DNA of 62,888 nt, filler included, from Choristocarpus tenellus KU-1152 (lineage: Eukaryota; Protista; Phaeophyceae): assembly GCA_964200185.2 (NCBI GenBank). It is 9 parts of 9 records of this genome, joined end to end, with 100 filler letters (N's around TTAATTAATTAA, not from the genome) between each part and the next. Parts side by side here need not be neighbours in the genome. Positions count along the whole stretch, not along the records: positions 1 to 17,916 come from CAXNAD020000607.1; 8 more parts are not named here. One strand, 5' to 3'. Position numbers and translations under genes: made by a program. The notes under the pieces are model-generated. The model made no database searches and was not told the DNA's origin. It saw nothing but the letters and a program-made list of their open reading frames with translations. Shown here in pieces: positions 1-11,700 of this stretch; position 1 is the first letter of the stretch, and the number at the start of each line of letters is the position of its first letter.

Positions 1-1224
1 TGATTGATATGCTGATGCCATACTCTCAGACCTTGTAAGCTTGATTGGTGTGCTGACCACACACCATCAACCTTAGGCTAATGTTATCCTGATCAGATAT
101 ACATCGTGAGCCTCGTTTATATATTACAATTCATTTTGTATTAATGGAGTAGTGTAATGCAATGGTGCAATAGTATACTAACAGTCACACATGTTTCCCA
201 TTTCGCTCCCAGAGCTCACTTTTTGGTTTACCTTGAATCATACTTACATGGCTTCAAAGCCGATCAGAAGGGGGGGTGATGTGGAAAGCATGTTTGCCTG
301 TTTTTATACCATTATTGCCGTATGCCATATACCGTTATACCGTGGTACCGATTGAGGTTCCCAGTCAAGAGTCCATGATTCCACTCACAGACATTCTGTC
401 AGAATGAAACCATGGAATCTCTTCATGTGACCAATCCCATAGACTTGGGACAGCTCGTCATTCAGAGTTGTCACACATGGAAGATCCACTATATTCTCAC
501 GTCTTGACTGATGATGAAGCCCCATCTCGATGATGCTCATCACTCCTCAGTTTTTGCACTTGTTCAACCTTAACCTCGTACCCTCGGTCACGGTTCAACC
601 TTGTTCATGTGGTCCGTCTTGCCCGGTGATTCTCTTCACCACCCTTGCCTGAGTGAACCACACCGCCACAGAATCACACGATTCAAAAGTAACATGTATG
701 ACTCACCTGAAGTCTCCATCTCTTACCTGGTGGTAGACTTGAATCTTCATCATTTTTTGTTTTGTTTTAGGATAGAATTAGTCATTTCATGATGATCAAT
801 AAATGCATTTCATGAAAAAGTGACATGATGTAATGAACAGCCACCTTTAGCACACACATGCTAATATATAATGTGCCCAGTGATACGGTCTCTTCACCAC
901 CGCATGTGTCCACTCATGCGTACGAGGAGAGTTGAGGGATACAATTAATTGTATTACTAATTGATCTAATCCACCAACATTTATGCATAGTCTATTTGCA
1001 AGGATTGATAAACCTGGTAAACACGAGATGCCATGTCAGAGCTGGACGTGAACAGGTTAACTGACATCTGTTACCAGTTATCTCATCTCTTCACAAAACG
1101 ACAGACTATACACATCTATGACAAAATTTCACACAAACGATTTGTCTAAACTAGATGGGCAACCTATATAAAGGATTATAGTATGTGGGTACCACGAGAT
1201 CCTGCTAAGACACACAAGTTATAA

Positions 1225-1470
1225 AAAACACGTAATTGATGTCCAACACCATATTTTGAGGGATGTGGTAAGAAAAGGAAGATCTGTGTTGTTTTTGTTG
1301 GTACTGAGAATCAGAAGGTAGATGAGTTGACTAAGAATTTGCCAGTGAAAGTTTTCAGACAACACGTGAAGTTTTTGATGAACACGTAGAAGGAGATAAC
1401 ATGCGCATATTTATTAATATATTTTTTTGTTTTTGAATTTATGTTTTTTCAGCAAGGGGAGCATGCCGTG
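1225..1470 (+). mobile_element. Decayed Ty1/copia 3' end: RNase H C-terminus, polypurine tract and start of 3' LTR
   Basis: Translates with a frameshift to IDVQHHILRDVV..KICVVFVGTENQKVDELTKNLPVKVFRQHVKFLMN, matching the copia RNase H tail. Followed by PPT-like aaggggagca (1454-1463) and TG. Confidence 0.75.
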
Positions 1471-1652
1471 ATAACTGGTGTGTCATGCGCGCAAAATGTG
1501 CTGATACACGTCTCTAACACAGTATGGCAGTTTCATGTTCATCTATGAAATATTCTGCCCAATATATGAGTCACACTTTGTTCGTACGTCAGGCAATGGC
1601 TAAGACGGGAGCCCATCAGATACCTAATATGCAGTGTATGCTCACCATGTAA

Positions 1653-1825
1653 GACCCAAAGTATCTGGGGGGGGATCTACACCAGGGTGTCCATTTGCGC
1701 CATAACCAGGAAAAGTGCACTTACATGATCCATCCGACGTATGCAACCAAATCACCCAAAAATCGCGACATGGAAAAATTGGTCTCAAATGGATAGCCGT
1801 CACCTCCCCCCAGATACTTTGATCC
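1653..1825 (+). mobile_element. MITE family A, complete copy (173 bp) with TAA target-site duplication
   Basis: taa|gacccaaagtatctggggggg ... cccccagatactttgatcc|taa; subterminal inverted motif gtccatttg/caaatgga. Confidence 0.9.
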
Positions 1826-2231
1826 TAACCCACCAGCAGCTCATGACGACAAACCTTTTTTATGCGTGAAGTGGATACCTGGAACAATGAATTCATTTCC
1901 CCACACTTATCTCTATTACCATTGAAAGGCGCAAATGACAAACACGGAATGCACTACAGCAATATTATTGTATAATACCCACATAGAAAAATGGGAGAAG
2001 AGCCAGGGTATCAAGTTGAAATGAGTCCATCAGTCTCATCGAGGGATGGCACAATGGCACAAGTGATGGCATAACCAGCCAGATCCAATCAAGTTATAGA
2101 ATGATAATACCACCACTGCATATTGTGCACCATTAGCAACAAATTTGGAGGAACTACCTGTGCTGACAAGAATACGTGTCACTCTGACTATCATGGAGTG
2201 CAGAACAATCTCTTGCCTCATACTCACAAAC

Positions 2232-5200
2232 TTACAAAGGGTTCAACAGAGGGTTCTGTGCCAACTCCTCCCTAAAATGGGGATTTTTCAGGCGATGTAT
2301 TGTAGCCCTTCTCCGCCTTCTCCAGTTCCTCACTTGAGTTGCTGCATGACCCATCATCGCCCTTTCACTTACGGCCATGGCTGCTGCCGGAAAGGGACTA
2401 ATAAACTGTGGTCGGTCCACCATGTTTATTCCCTCTCCTGCATCTACAATTTTCTCTACATAAATTGGCTGGTGTGTAGCCTCCTCATGGCTTTTCATTG
2501 CCTTGCTGCAATTGGAGTTTATACTTCTGAGGCTTACATCCCCTGGACCCATCTGGAGGCTTTGTGGAAGTCCTGCTTTATTTTGTATGGGCCCCTCCAG
2601 AATGGCATTGTCTTCCACTCCGGCCTCTGGACGTGGATTGGTAATGCCTATGCCACCACAGAGATTCTCATGATCATTTGAATATTTAGAGGCAAAACTA
2701 TTCTGAAAGGGGGGGCAGCCATTTATCTTTGACAAGACCTCTTTGACAGCGCCACATGGGTTTGGCGTTGGAAAGTGCAGACTCAACCGGTCTTGTCCAT
2801 GGAATAGGGGTGAAGTAGTTGTGCCCTCAATGTGCTTCTGATCACCTCTACTGCATCTGTCACATCTGGTCAACCCATCTTCTGTTGAAGGTTTTCGGCT
2901 ATATACAACATTCTTACTGCCCGAAATTATTGCTGGTGCTACGGCTAACAACCTCTTTTGCTTCTCCTGTCGTTCCTCTTCCGATGCTTCACTTACCCTG
3001 TCACCTTTGTCAGCGTCTGTTCCATGGTTGACCGCACCCTCACTGTGTGTTTTGGCTTCGCCCTGGAAAAAATCACACTGCCGAAGAGTCCGTTCCTGGG
3101 CAAGGTCATGCCCAGGAGCAGCAAGATGTAATGGAGGACTAGATTCAGAAGGATCAAGGGAACAGGCAACCAAGGTACACTGGGTCTGTGTTTCTGACAC
3201 CCCAGTACTAGACTGCTGAGGGGCCTGCAGTAGGGACCATCGCAAAGGAAGAGGGGAACAAGAGGTAGAGGGCATGGGCCAGTCTCGTTGTCCGTCTCTA
3301 GTGGCAGTAAATGAAGTGGGGAAAAGTTGTTTGAATTGATCAGCACGTGTTGACGTACACTTTGACCAGGACCCTGACCAGCTGTGTGAGGACCGGATCG
3401 AAAGAAGTGATACTGTGGGGTGCAATGGAGGGCAAACTTCAGTTGCTCCTGAGGGTTCCATCAAACCCTGGATGTCCTTCCCAACAAGCCTTGCTTGGGA
3501 ACCAGCGATTGATCGAGGGCCTGAGCCAGTTCCTTGTCCTGGACTGAGTCCCTGGTGTGGTACAGGCTCCAAGTCAAGCTGTGACACATTCTCAGGCTCC
3601 TGCCCAGGTGGGCACCAGTTTTGTGTGACACTGCAGGTGCGGCAAGTCTCAAAATCAACTTGTGCGCTCGAAATTCGGAAGGTGGGTGTGATGGTGTCAT
3701 CTGTAAATCCTATGTGCCCCTTGTCACTACATTGAACTTTTCTTCTTTGTACAGCGTTCAGGAGATGGGAAGCCTTGCCTTCAGCAGAGTGAAGGCCCTT
3801 TAAGGGGGATTGCTTCCAGGCTTGTTGCAATACTCTGGCTGCCCTCTCCCTTGCCTCCCATCCCCTTGTCCGTGCCCTCAATCCACAATGCTTGGCCTCC
3901 ATTACTCTCAGCCCATCTGCTTCTAGACGAATCTGTTTCAGTGCGGTTGGATATCCTCTAATCTCTCCTCTATTCCCTGAGTCCAAGGCATACATGATTG
4001 ACAACGGACATGGTGTTTGGAGTTCCATACCATGAGCACTTGTCACATTGCCTTGTTGCTGGCCATTTTGGTCCAAGACTGTGGCAGTAGTCTCACCAAC
4101 ATCGCCCTTGTTCAAGCCCTGAAGGTATTTGTACAAATCATGAGTATGATCATGGTCACTGGTTTGGCTCTTAGGCAAAACCAAAGTTGAACCCAGTTTC
4201 TTGTTCTGAACCTCACTAACACCCAGTTCCTTTGACATCACCACTGGTGAAGCACCTTTCCCCTCTCCCTGTGATACTTGCTCCACCTCACCCCCCCCCT
4301 TCCCTTCCTCCAAAAAATCCTCTGTTGAGGGAGCAAAACGCCCACCTTGACCTGAACCCACACAAAGCATGGGAAGTGGCTCACCACGCCACAACTCTGG
4401 ATTGGATGTCCCTTGTGGCCTTGCATATGGATAAGTGCGATTATGACCATTATCATATGGACCATTGGATGAACTCCTGCTACTTCCACCCATACTTCCC
4501 TCACCACTGCTGAATCTACCACCAATTTGTGTAGAATCGATACTGTCATCACCCCCAACACTGCCATTCTTGATAACCCCACTACATACAACACCATTCT
4601 TAGAACTGTTGGCGCTGTCCCTACCATGCTGGATTACCCCATCATGTTCTGTGGGGGAGGGCGAGGCACAGGACTCAGTGTGGCTGCTTGCAATCCCACT
4701 CAATGAAGCATTGAGGTCACTGACAGTTAACCCCCCTGTGACACTGGAGTGTTCTGCAACTATCATCTGTAACTCAGACGATGAAGGAGGCAGCACTGGC
4801 GATGGAGTAGACAGGTGTAGAGGGGTCGATGGTAGCTCCATCCTCCAAGTCTGCAGGCCTGACCCATATGACAATGGCACTGAAGAATGTGATGACCCTG
4901 TAGAGGAACAACTATTGCTTGTAAAAAAAGACTGTTCCACTGGTTGGGGGATAGCATCAACTGCACTCTGATGCTCTGTGTTCGGGGTGGGGACGGAAGC
5001 CATCACTCCAAACTCTGATGCACACCATACCCTACCTCCTCTCTCTATAGTACCAGTTTTGGCAGAAACAGCCTCAAGCGGTGGCACCTTCGCCAGTCCC
5101 ACCCTTTGCGTGCTAAAGTTACTATCATCACTATCTCTGCTATTGCTACTTGGATTCCAGGTTCTTTGACCACGCCTGGCAGATGTATCTGTACACTCAC

Positions 5201-7358
5201 TAGAATTACAACTATTAAATATCTGAAGATGCCGCTTCTTCTCTTCCTGGACAACCCCCCCCTTATCATCTGCATTACTTCCACCCTGCTGCACCATTCC
5301 ATTTCTGACCTTTGCTCCTTCTCCTTCTAGAATATTTCCAATGCCTTGTGGTACGGAGACATGCAAGGGCAATCTATGTTCCCTTTGTCCTCTCTCTGGC
5401 AAAAAACATTTTGTCTCCTGAAAACGTTTAAGTTTCCTCCCCCTCTTCCTGCCCTTCATCATTATCCACTCCGAACCCAGACCACCTGGGCTTGATGTGT
5501 GAGATTTATCTGGTCCAGAGTTTGATCCATGAGTCGAACCCAAGAACCTGCACATAGACGACAATTCGTGTCCCCTTTCACTGGGGGCAACGGCCGGTCC
5601 TCCCTTAGGTGCATACATTTCCTTAAGACTTCCTATTAGCTTTTGGTTTTTGTATTGCAACCTTGTTGGCAAGCTCCTATCAACACTTGGATTTCCCACT
5701 GACTCAGTCCCCCCGTCCCCATCTTTATTTTCTCTCCATCGTTCATTGCATCTTTTGCTAGAGTTTTCTGTAGCTTCTTCCATCCAAAAACTTGCACCAG
5801 CACCTGATTCACCTGACGGCAGGCAATGCCCATCAGAAAATGACACATCCTCCTCACTGCAGCAAGAAGCAGGCGCAACCTTTCTGTACATTGTCTCCAC
5901 CGCTGCTTCAGACCGTATGTCTTCAGATGTAATCCTAGTCCTAGGCTTGGCATTGGCCCTACAGTCCTCGTGGACAGGCATTTGCAAAAAAGAGGATAAA
6001 GGTCCACCACTACCCAACTTTCTCTTGTCAGGGGGTCTCTTTTGTGTACGATTTGTTCCACGACTTCTACTGGCCATGCTGTAACTCCCAGTGCTATCTC
6101 CTCCATTTGTGCCCCTGTCATCATCCCCTACATTACCACAGTCTCCCCAGGATTGTAAACGAGATGGGAGGGCACAAAGCTCAACCGCCATCTGCTGCAG
6201 GACTCTCTCCTGCCGTTTTATTGCCTCAAGCATGAGAGAACTTTCAGCAGACTTTTCCCCTACTGCATTTCTTCCATCACAATAATCCCCTTGTTGAGAC
6301 AGGAAGTGTGCCCTGCCCTCAAAGTCAGTGACATTAGAACCTTCCAGATTAAACTTCACTACATCATAACGTTTGTCTTGAAACATTTGTATGGGAATGA
6401 GAGGAGGGGGGGGCGTGTTTGGGTTTGGAGGGGGGTCCCCCTTGGGCCCAATCTTTGCCCTGTCTCCAGGCAAGGTAGGTGACGAGCTACTACAGCTGCC
6501 AGCATCATTGAGGCAACTAATATCATTGCTGTCCAAGCTCCGCCTCTGCAATCCTTGAACAGGAAGAGAGGATTCAAGCAGTTCTGACTTCAACAGCTCT
6601 TGCTCTACCCCTGATACGCTCTTTACAGTATCTGCTAGCGACTCCAATTTCACAGCCTCCATTGCAGCTAACTCAACTCTGGTAGCAAGGGACATAGGCG
6701 ACACTTCTTCCTTCAATAGTATTTCCTCTACACCTTCCTCTGTTGAGGCATTGGGTGTGCCATTCCCACTTACCAATGTCTCATGGACCACGTCACTCTC
6801 CTCAGGGGGCTGGGCTGCTGTACCTGAGCTTACCATTGTGTATGGTCGAGGGTGTTGAACAGGCTCAAATACGTTTTCCCCTCTCTCGTCCTCTTTCCAG
6901 AAGTCACAATCCGCTACCTTTCCCGCCACCTGCATGCCGTCAAAGATCATCTCCTTACATACTTTTTCCCGGTTGATCAGCACACTTGGTGGAGCACATA
7001 TATTGTTTCCACCCTTTGCCTCCCCATCAGCCGAAACCCTCATCCCCCCTGAGAGCCGTTCCCATTCATCATCCTCCCATGAGGCAGCTGCAATAGCTTT
7101 GGAATGGACAACACTATCTACTGAGGTGGCAACATTGGTTGCAGCAAAGGGTATCGTGGTGGCACTGTCCTTGTTATCTGTTTTGTTCATGCTCCTGCTG
7201 GTACATAGCACTCCTCCAGCCTCCATCTCACTCCCAGAGCTAACTCGGGAGTCTCTGTCATTGTACTTATCTTTAGCATCCCAGTAGGCGCTACCTACAC
7301 AGGGAGGCTCGCGACTTGGGTTTTTTGTACTAATCGAACTGCGAGGAGGAAACAGCAT
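2232..7358 (-). CDS. Large (1708 aa) single-exon ORF; Ser/Gly/Glu-rich and likely disordered, with an IQ-like motif; function unknown
   Basis: 5.1 kb uninterrupted frame. ERAARVLQQAWK (~3815-3850) is IQ-like. Basic C-terminal helix. The true 5' end may be spliced to upstream exons. Confidence 0.8.
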   Translation of the reverse strand: MLFPPRSSISTKNPSREPPCVGSAYWDAKDKYNDRDSRVSSGSEMEAGGVLCTSRSMNKTDNKDSATTIPFAATNVATSVDSVVHSKAIAAASWEDDEWERLSGGMRVSADGEAKGGNNICAPPSVLINREKVCKEMIFDGMQVAGKVADCDFWKEDERGENVFEPVQHPRPYTMVSSGTAAQPPEESDVVHETLVSGNGTPNASTEEGVEEILLKEEVSPMSLATRVELAAMEAVKLESLADTVKSVSGVEQELLKSELLESSLPVQGLQRRSLDSNDISCLNDAGSCSSSSPTLPGDRAKIGPKGDPPPNPNTPPPPLIPIQMFQDKRYDVVKFNLEGSNVTDFEGRAHFLSQQGDYCDGRNAVGEKSAESSLMLEAIKRQERVLQQMAVELCALPSRLQSWGDCGNVGDDDRGTNGGDSTGSYSMASRSRGTNRTQKRPPDKRKLGSGGPLSSFLQMPVHEDCRANAKPRTRITSEDIRSEAAVETMYRKVAPASCCSEEDVSFSDGHCLPSGESGAGASFWMEEATENSSKRCNERWRENKDGDGGTESVGNPSVDRSLPTRLQYKNQKLIGSLKEMYAPKGGPAVAPSERGHELSSMCRFLGSTHGSNSGPDKSHTSSPGGLGSEWIMMKGRKRGRKLKRFQETKCFLPERGQREHRLPLHVSVPQGIGNILEGEGAKVRNGMVQQGGSNADDKGGVVQEEKKRHLQIFNSCNSSECTDTSARRGQRTWNPSSNSRDSDDSNFSTQRVGLAKVPPLEAVSAKTGTIERGGRVWCASEFGVMASVPTPNTEHQSAVDAIPQPVEQSFFTSNSCSSTGSSHSSVPLSYGSGLQTWRMELPSTPLHLSTPSPVLPPSSSELQMIVAEHSSVTGGLTVSDLNASLSGIASSHTESCASPSPTEHDGVIQHGRDSANSSKNGVVCSGVIKNGSVGGDDSIDSTQIGGRFSSGEGSMGGSSRSSSNGPYDNGHNRTYPYARPQGTSNPELWRGEPLPMLCVGSGQGGRFAPSTEDFLEEGKGGGEVEQVSQGEGKGASPVVMSKELGVSEVQNKKLGSTLVLPKSQTSDHDHTHDLYKYLQGLNKGDVGETTATVLDQNGQQQGNVTSAHGMELQTPCPLSIMYALDSGNRGEIRGYPTALKQIRLEADGLRVMEAKHCGLRARTRGWEARERAARVLQQAWKQSPLKGLHSAEGKASHLLNAVQRRKVQCSDKGHIGFTDDTITPTFRISSAQVDFETCRTCSVTQNWCPPGQEPENVSQLDLEPVPHQGLSPGQGTGSGPRSIAGSQARLVGKDIQGLMEPSGATEVCPPLHPTVSLLSIRSSHSWSGSWSKCTSTRADQFKQLFPTSFTATRDGQRDWPMPSTSCSPLPLRWSLLQAPQQSSTGVSETQTQCTLVACSLDPSESSPPLHLAAPGHDLAQERTLRQCDFFQGEAKTHSEGAVNHGTDADKGDRVSEASEEERQEKQKRLLAVAPAIISGSKNVVYSRKPSTEDGLTRCDRCSRGDQKHIEGTTTSPLFHGQDRLSLHFPTPNPCGAVKEVLSKINGCPPFQNSFASKYSNDHENLCGGIGITNPRPEAGVEDNAILEGPIQNKAGLPQSLQMGPGDVSLRSINSNCSKAMKSHEEATHQPIYVEKIVDAGEGINMVDRPQFISPFPAAAMAVSERAMMGHAATQVRNWRRRRRATIHRLKNPHFREELAQNPLLNPL

Positions 7359-7856
7359 GGGGTGAAATGAAGGAGACTGTCATTGGAAAACACTTGCCAT
7401 GCTTCGTTGTTCAAACAATATATCTGTCAGAGAGGTCGAGGGACATAAAAACACCTGTAGGAGTGGATCACCATAATGGAGGGCTAAGAAGAGAAAATAT
7501 GTGGTTTTTGGCTTAATTTTATCATTCATAACTTCACTCCAATAGGCGTGCTGAAATCGGCTCATCATTAAATAATTCAAGATCTGAGCAGACTTTTTTT
7601 GTGGGGTACAGCGTCAAGTTGAACTCAAACGTGATTTGTCTTACGGTGGGGGTTGTGACCGAACATCCTCGCAAAACAATACACATCGTAGCACAAAAAA
7701 ATAGGAAAAAGAACGAGTCACTACAACTGCAATACATTGTGAAGCACGCTTTCATATGGGTAGGTATGAGGCATATGCAGTTAGTTCTAGGAAGGCACTT
7801 ACCAAGAATTTGCGGTCAGTTATAAATCATCACCCTTCCCAAATCGAAGCCTTCAC

Positions 7857-8374
7857 CTGAGATTTAGTCCCGCCAGTGTGCCCCAATGCTCTGGCGAAAC
7901 AGTCACGAGCGGCGGCGCAAGCACAGAACGACGATAGCTTTGTTCCAATAAGGACTCCTCTGACGCCAAGCTCAGGGAAGATCCCTCCGAACAGTGCAAA
8001 AAATCCTCCTGTACCTTACTTCTACCCATGTTGGGTGGTCGACTGGGCAGCGAGGATGGGATTGGAGGTGGAACTGCACGGGGACATGGAATATCGCTTA
8101 CCAATATAGAATCAAAGTCAATGTCGAGGACCACCTCTGCTTCCGCCGCCGCCCGCCTGACAACGAGGCGATGAGAGGGACATGAGCTACGATGAATTAG
8201 GTTGTGGACATGGGCTTCGCATATCAATGTGGGCATTCCATTGAATGGAGGCAATTTTCTCGTGGAAAGGAAGCAGGAGAGACCTAAGCGATGACCACAG
8301 GAATTATCAACTCGAGTATAGCTCGGAGGCATCATTATCTCTATACAGGCTGCCTGGAGTTCTACGGTGAACAA
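7857..8374 (-). CDS. Probable upstream exon or short ORF of the 1708-aa gene
   Basis: 173-aa ORF ending at a donor-like ag|gtgaag (~7857). I could not establish an in-frame join to 7358. Confidence 0.35.
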
Positions 8375-8754
8375 AGTGTTAAATTTAAATTTTGCAATTT
8401 ACGATTCAAATCGTTGGATTCTTAACAAGCCTTTTACCTGAATCGACTCGATCCATCCTGCCATTTCAGCTCGAAAGATTTCAGCAGTGCGTCCACATCA
8501 AATTCCTCTTGACCCATGACTGTATCATTCGACCCGCACCCCTATCCTATCTTGTTGCTTCATCTATCATAATCCTTAGAAACATCATTCCCTTTTTGTC
8601 AAATATCCAGTATTGTTCTACTACATAAACATTTTGTTTTTTTCCTTTATCGATTATAACCATTCAACCGAATCATAGTAGTGAAACCCCCTCAAACACA
8701 TTATTTATTGGACGAGGTTCCCCCAAACAATCTTTCGGTCTGGGCACAAATCCC

Positions 8755-11700
8755 ATGAAGATTATGGGAGCTGTCTTCGCACTGGCACTGTCAGCGACAT
8801 TACTGCCCCTAGCAGAGATGAAGTGCCCTAACTGGTGCAGTCAACACGGCATATGTACTGGACCTGGAGACGATGCCCATTGTATCTGTGAGATGGGGTT
8901 CGTGGGTGATGATTGCGCCACAAGTGAGTTGGTGCTTGCTGTAATTGTTGTCAGTCCAACTTGACCTGAACAACTACTTCGAATACCTAAGATAGAAGTA
9001 CAACGAAAGCAGCTTTATTAACCAAAATCTCAATAGGTGCAAGTTTGAAAAAAAAATCAAACACCAACAATATCCCAGATTAAATACAATTCACCTTTCC
9101 CCCTCGTGGCCTTTTCTCGCCCAGGATTATGTCCCAAAGGTGACGACCCTCTTACTGAGGACCAATTGGATCGCACTTTGATGTTGCGTACCACTGCTAC
9201 TGGGGGCGCCCTGGCAGGACAAATAGCTCTGAGCTTCAACGGCGAGACTGTCTCTTTCGACGCCAACGCTCATCGGGTTGGAGACCTGGCCTGCACCTCG
9301 GCATTGCAATCCCTGCCGAACGTAGAGAAGCTTATCTGTACACGTGGACCGGTTGATGAGTTCAATGGTGCCAACTACACCATTTCAATCCCTAGGTTTG
9401 TCACAGATTGTGTGAATGGACAACCATGTTGGAACTTTGCAAATAGAAGAAGGGCAGGAGATGGACAAGTATTGTATAACGACATTTCTGCTCCTAGAAG
9501 CTAGTATTTGGAAGAGAGAAAAAAAGGTGATAGGGTAGAGTGAATGGTGATACTACCACCTTCCAGGCCGAGGCCACACAAATGGAAACGTTCTGAAAAG
9601 TTAAAAAAGAGTCCTGCCTCTTGTTCAAAAAGGCGAAGAACGTGTCTCGATAAAAAAGCTCCAGGGATATGTATGAACAATAGTTGGGGAGAACAAAATT
9701 TGGGGAGACAATAATAAGAATGAAAAGGTAAAATTTTCCAATAGATTCTTGATAAACAGTGTGCTGCAATAGTCCCAATTCAAATCCTCATTTTTGTTGG
9801 GGTCAGCTGGGATCACCAGTCAATGCCACCTAGATGTGCCAGTGCTTTCCTTGACTTCCAACCCCACCGACCAATCCTCAACTGTGCTGACACCTCCTGA
9901 TACTCTTAGTGGTCCATACCTGTCCCAACGTTTCCCCTGCCATGTCCCTGCCCTTGCACTTGTAATACTGTTTGGACTGGACTCTGCGGCAGGTTTCCCA
10001 CAATTCCATGGGAAAACAATCTGTACAGTCACCTTGGAAACCCTTCACTGGAATCGTTCTCATGTGACATCTCAGCTGTGGAATCGGATGTGTTGCAGCC
10101 CTCGTGTGAACTGCTGGATGTGGTGTCTGAGAATATCAGAGGCAAGAGAAAAAGTAGAGAAAATTGAGTGAAAGTATCTTAGAGGGTACGAGTTTTCCCC
10201 TGTTTGTCCATTATTTTGGGCTTGGCTTCCCATGTTTTTTTTAATGACATTTTCCTACTCCAAAATGTTTAGGAGTAGGTAAAATGTATACATTATGAAA
10301 AGGTGTGTCCAGAACATGGATATTGATACTTCCCAACTAACACAATGGCCAAAATTATATCAAAATCTCAACATTGGATTTTGGCCCCCAAATGGATGCA
10401 GCTCTATCCTCTAAGATGCTTTGGCTCAATTTCAGGAATACAATTTGATTCCTAGTCCTGCTCTTCCTTTGATCCTCTTCAATCTCATGGATCAACCAAC
10501 CCTTAACAACTCCAGCGGTTATGGATATGTACCAAGGCGATCTTAGACAATTTTTCATCCTCAACTACCCAATGAAACACTCTCTATGGAACAGCGATTG
10601 GGTACAACACACATACTCCATGCAGTAACACTTCAATCCTTCTCCTCTTCTAAACAATTGTGAACGGAACAATGCCAGCGCAGACACTTGTGACTTTTCT
10701 CCTCTCCTGCAAAATGCTGCTCTTCTTCAGAGTATATGGAGTGCTCGAGGCATGGTGAATGCATCCGCCAGACCGGTCGGTGTGAATGCCGACCGGGTTT
10801 CAAGGGGGATGCTTGCGATGACATCACAGACACTGATGATGCTCATGTGAGTTTCGGTGGGACTATTGGGAAACCCTTACTTGATTCCTCATGAGAGCAT
10901 TGAATCAGGGATCATTCAGAATTGAGCGCAATATATATATGTACACCAGACATCACCACCATACACTTATTTCGACACTGCACTCGGTTTTGTAGGTGTG
11001 AAAGGACTAAAGAGATATATGATGAAAATAAAAATATGACTGTGTAGAGACAGGGTGGAGGTATATGAGGAAAAATCATGAAGGGGACAGGACTTGCTTA
11101 GCCGACCTTCTTCCGTAGTCAACACTATATTTCTTTCATTCAGGGGACTAGGGCTAACCATAAATAAAAGACAATAACACCAACTGTAGTAACGATATCC
11201 GGGGTTATGAGACATAGAATCATGGGAACCAAAAGTTTGGACAAATGGAATAGCTTTTCCACCTGTTACATGGGCCCAATATGATTATTGCATTTATGCC
11301 CGTCAACCTTCTGTGTCCCCTCAATCTTGACATAGACCTATAGTAGTAAAATATTCCAGTACGTTTTCTGTGGACTATGTTTTTTATTCAAGGACTGTTG
11401 GTCAAGTCACTTTGTATAATGATTACTCATTCCTCTAGACCACTCACTACATTTCTTTGCCTTCAACACATCATTCTTCTTTTTCCTATGCCTTATCTAT
11501 CCTCCACACTTGTCTTTTCCCGCGTTCACCACCAACTCAATGACACCATTGATAAGGTGATATTTGCAGAGGGTCCCTTCTTCACTGGCTCAGCACTGAA
11601 ATTGAGGGTCAATCGTGGCTTGAGTCCACAATACTCCCTTATTAAGGCCATTGCAGGGGCAAGAGATGTGAGTGGATAGCCAGGCCAGGAGACTGCATGT

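Noticed and set aside
265-300. Gypsy-like PPT (agaagggggggtga-tg) and LTR start
   Set aside because: No recognisable integrase/chromodomain upstream and no second LTR; unsupported.
2145-7287. Many 60-180 aa ORFs overlapping the 1708-aa ORF
   Set aside because: Antisense or alternative-frame shadows of a long coding region, with no motifs.
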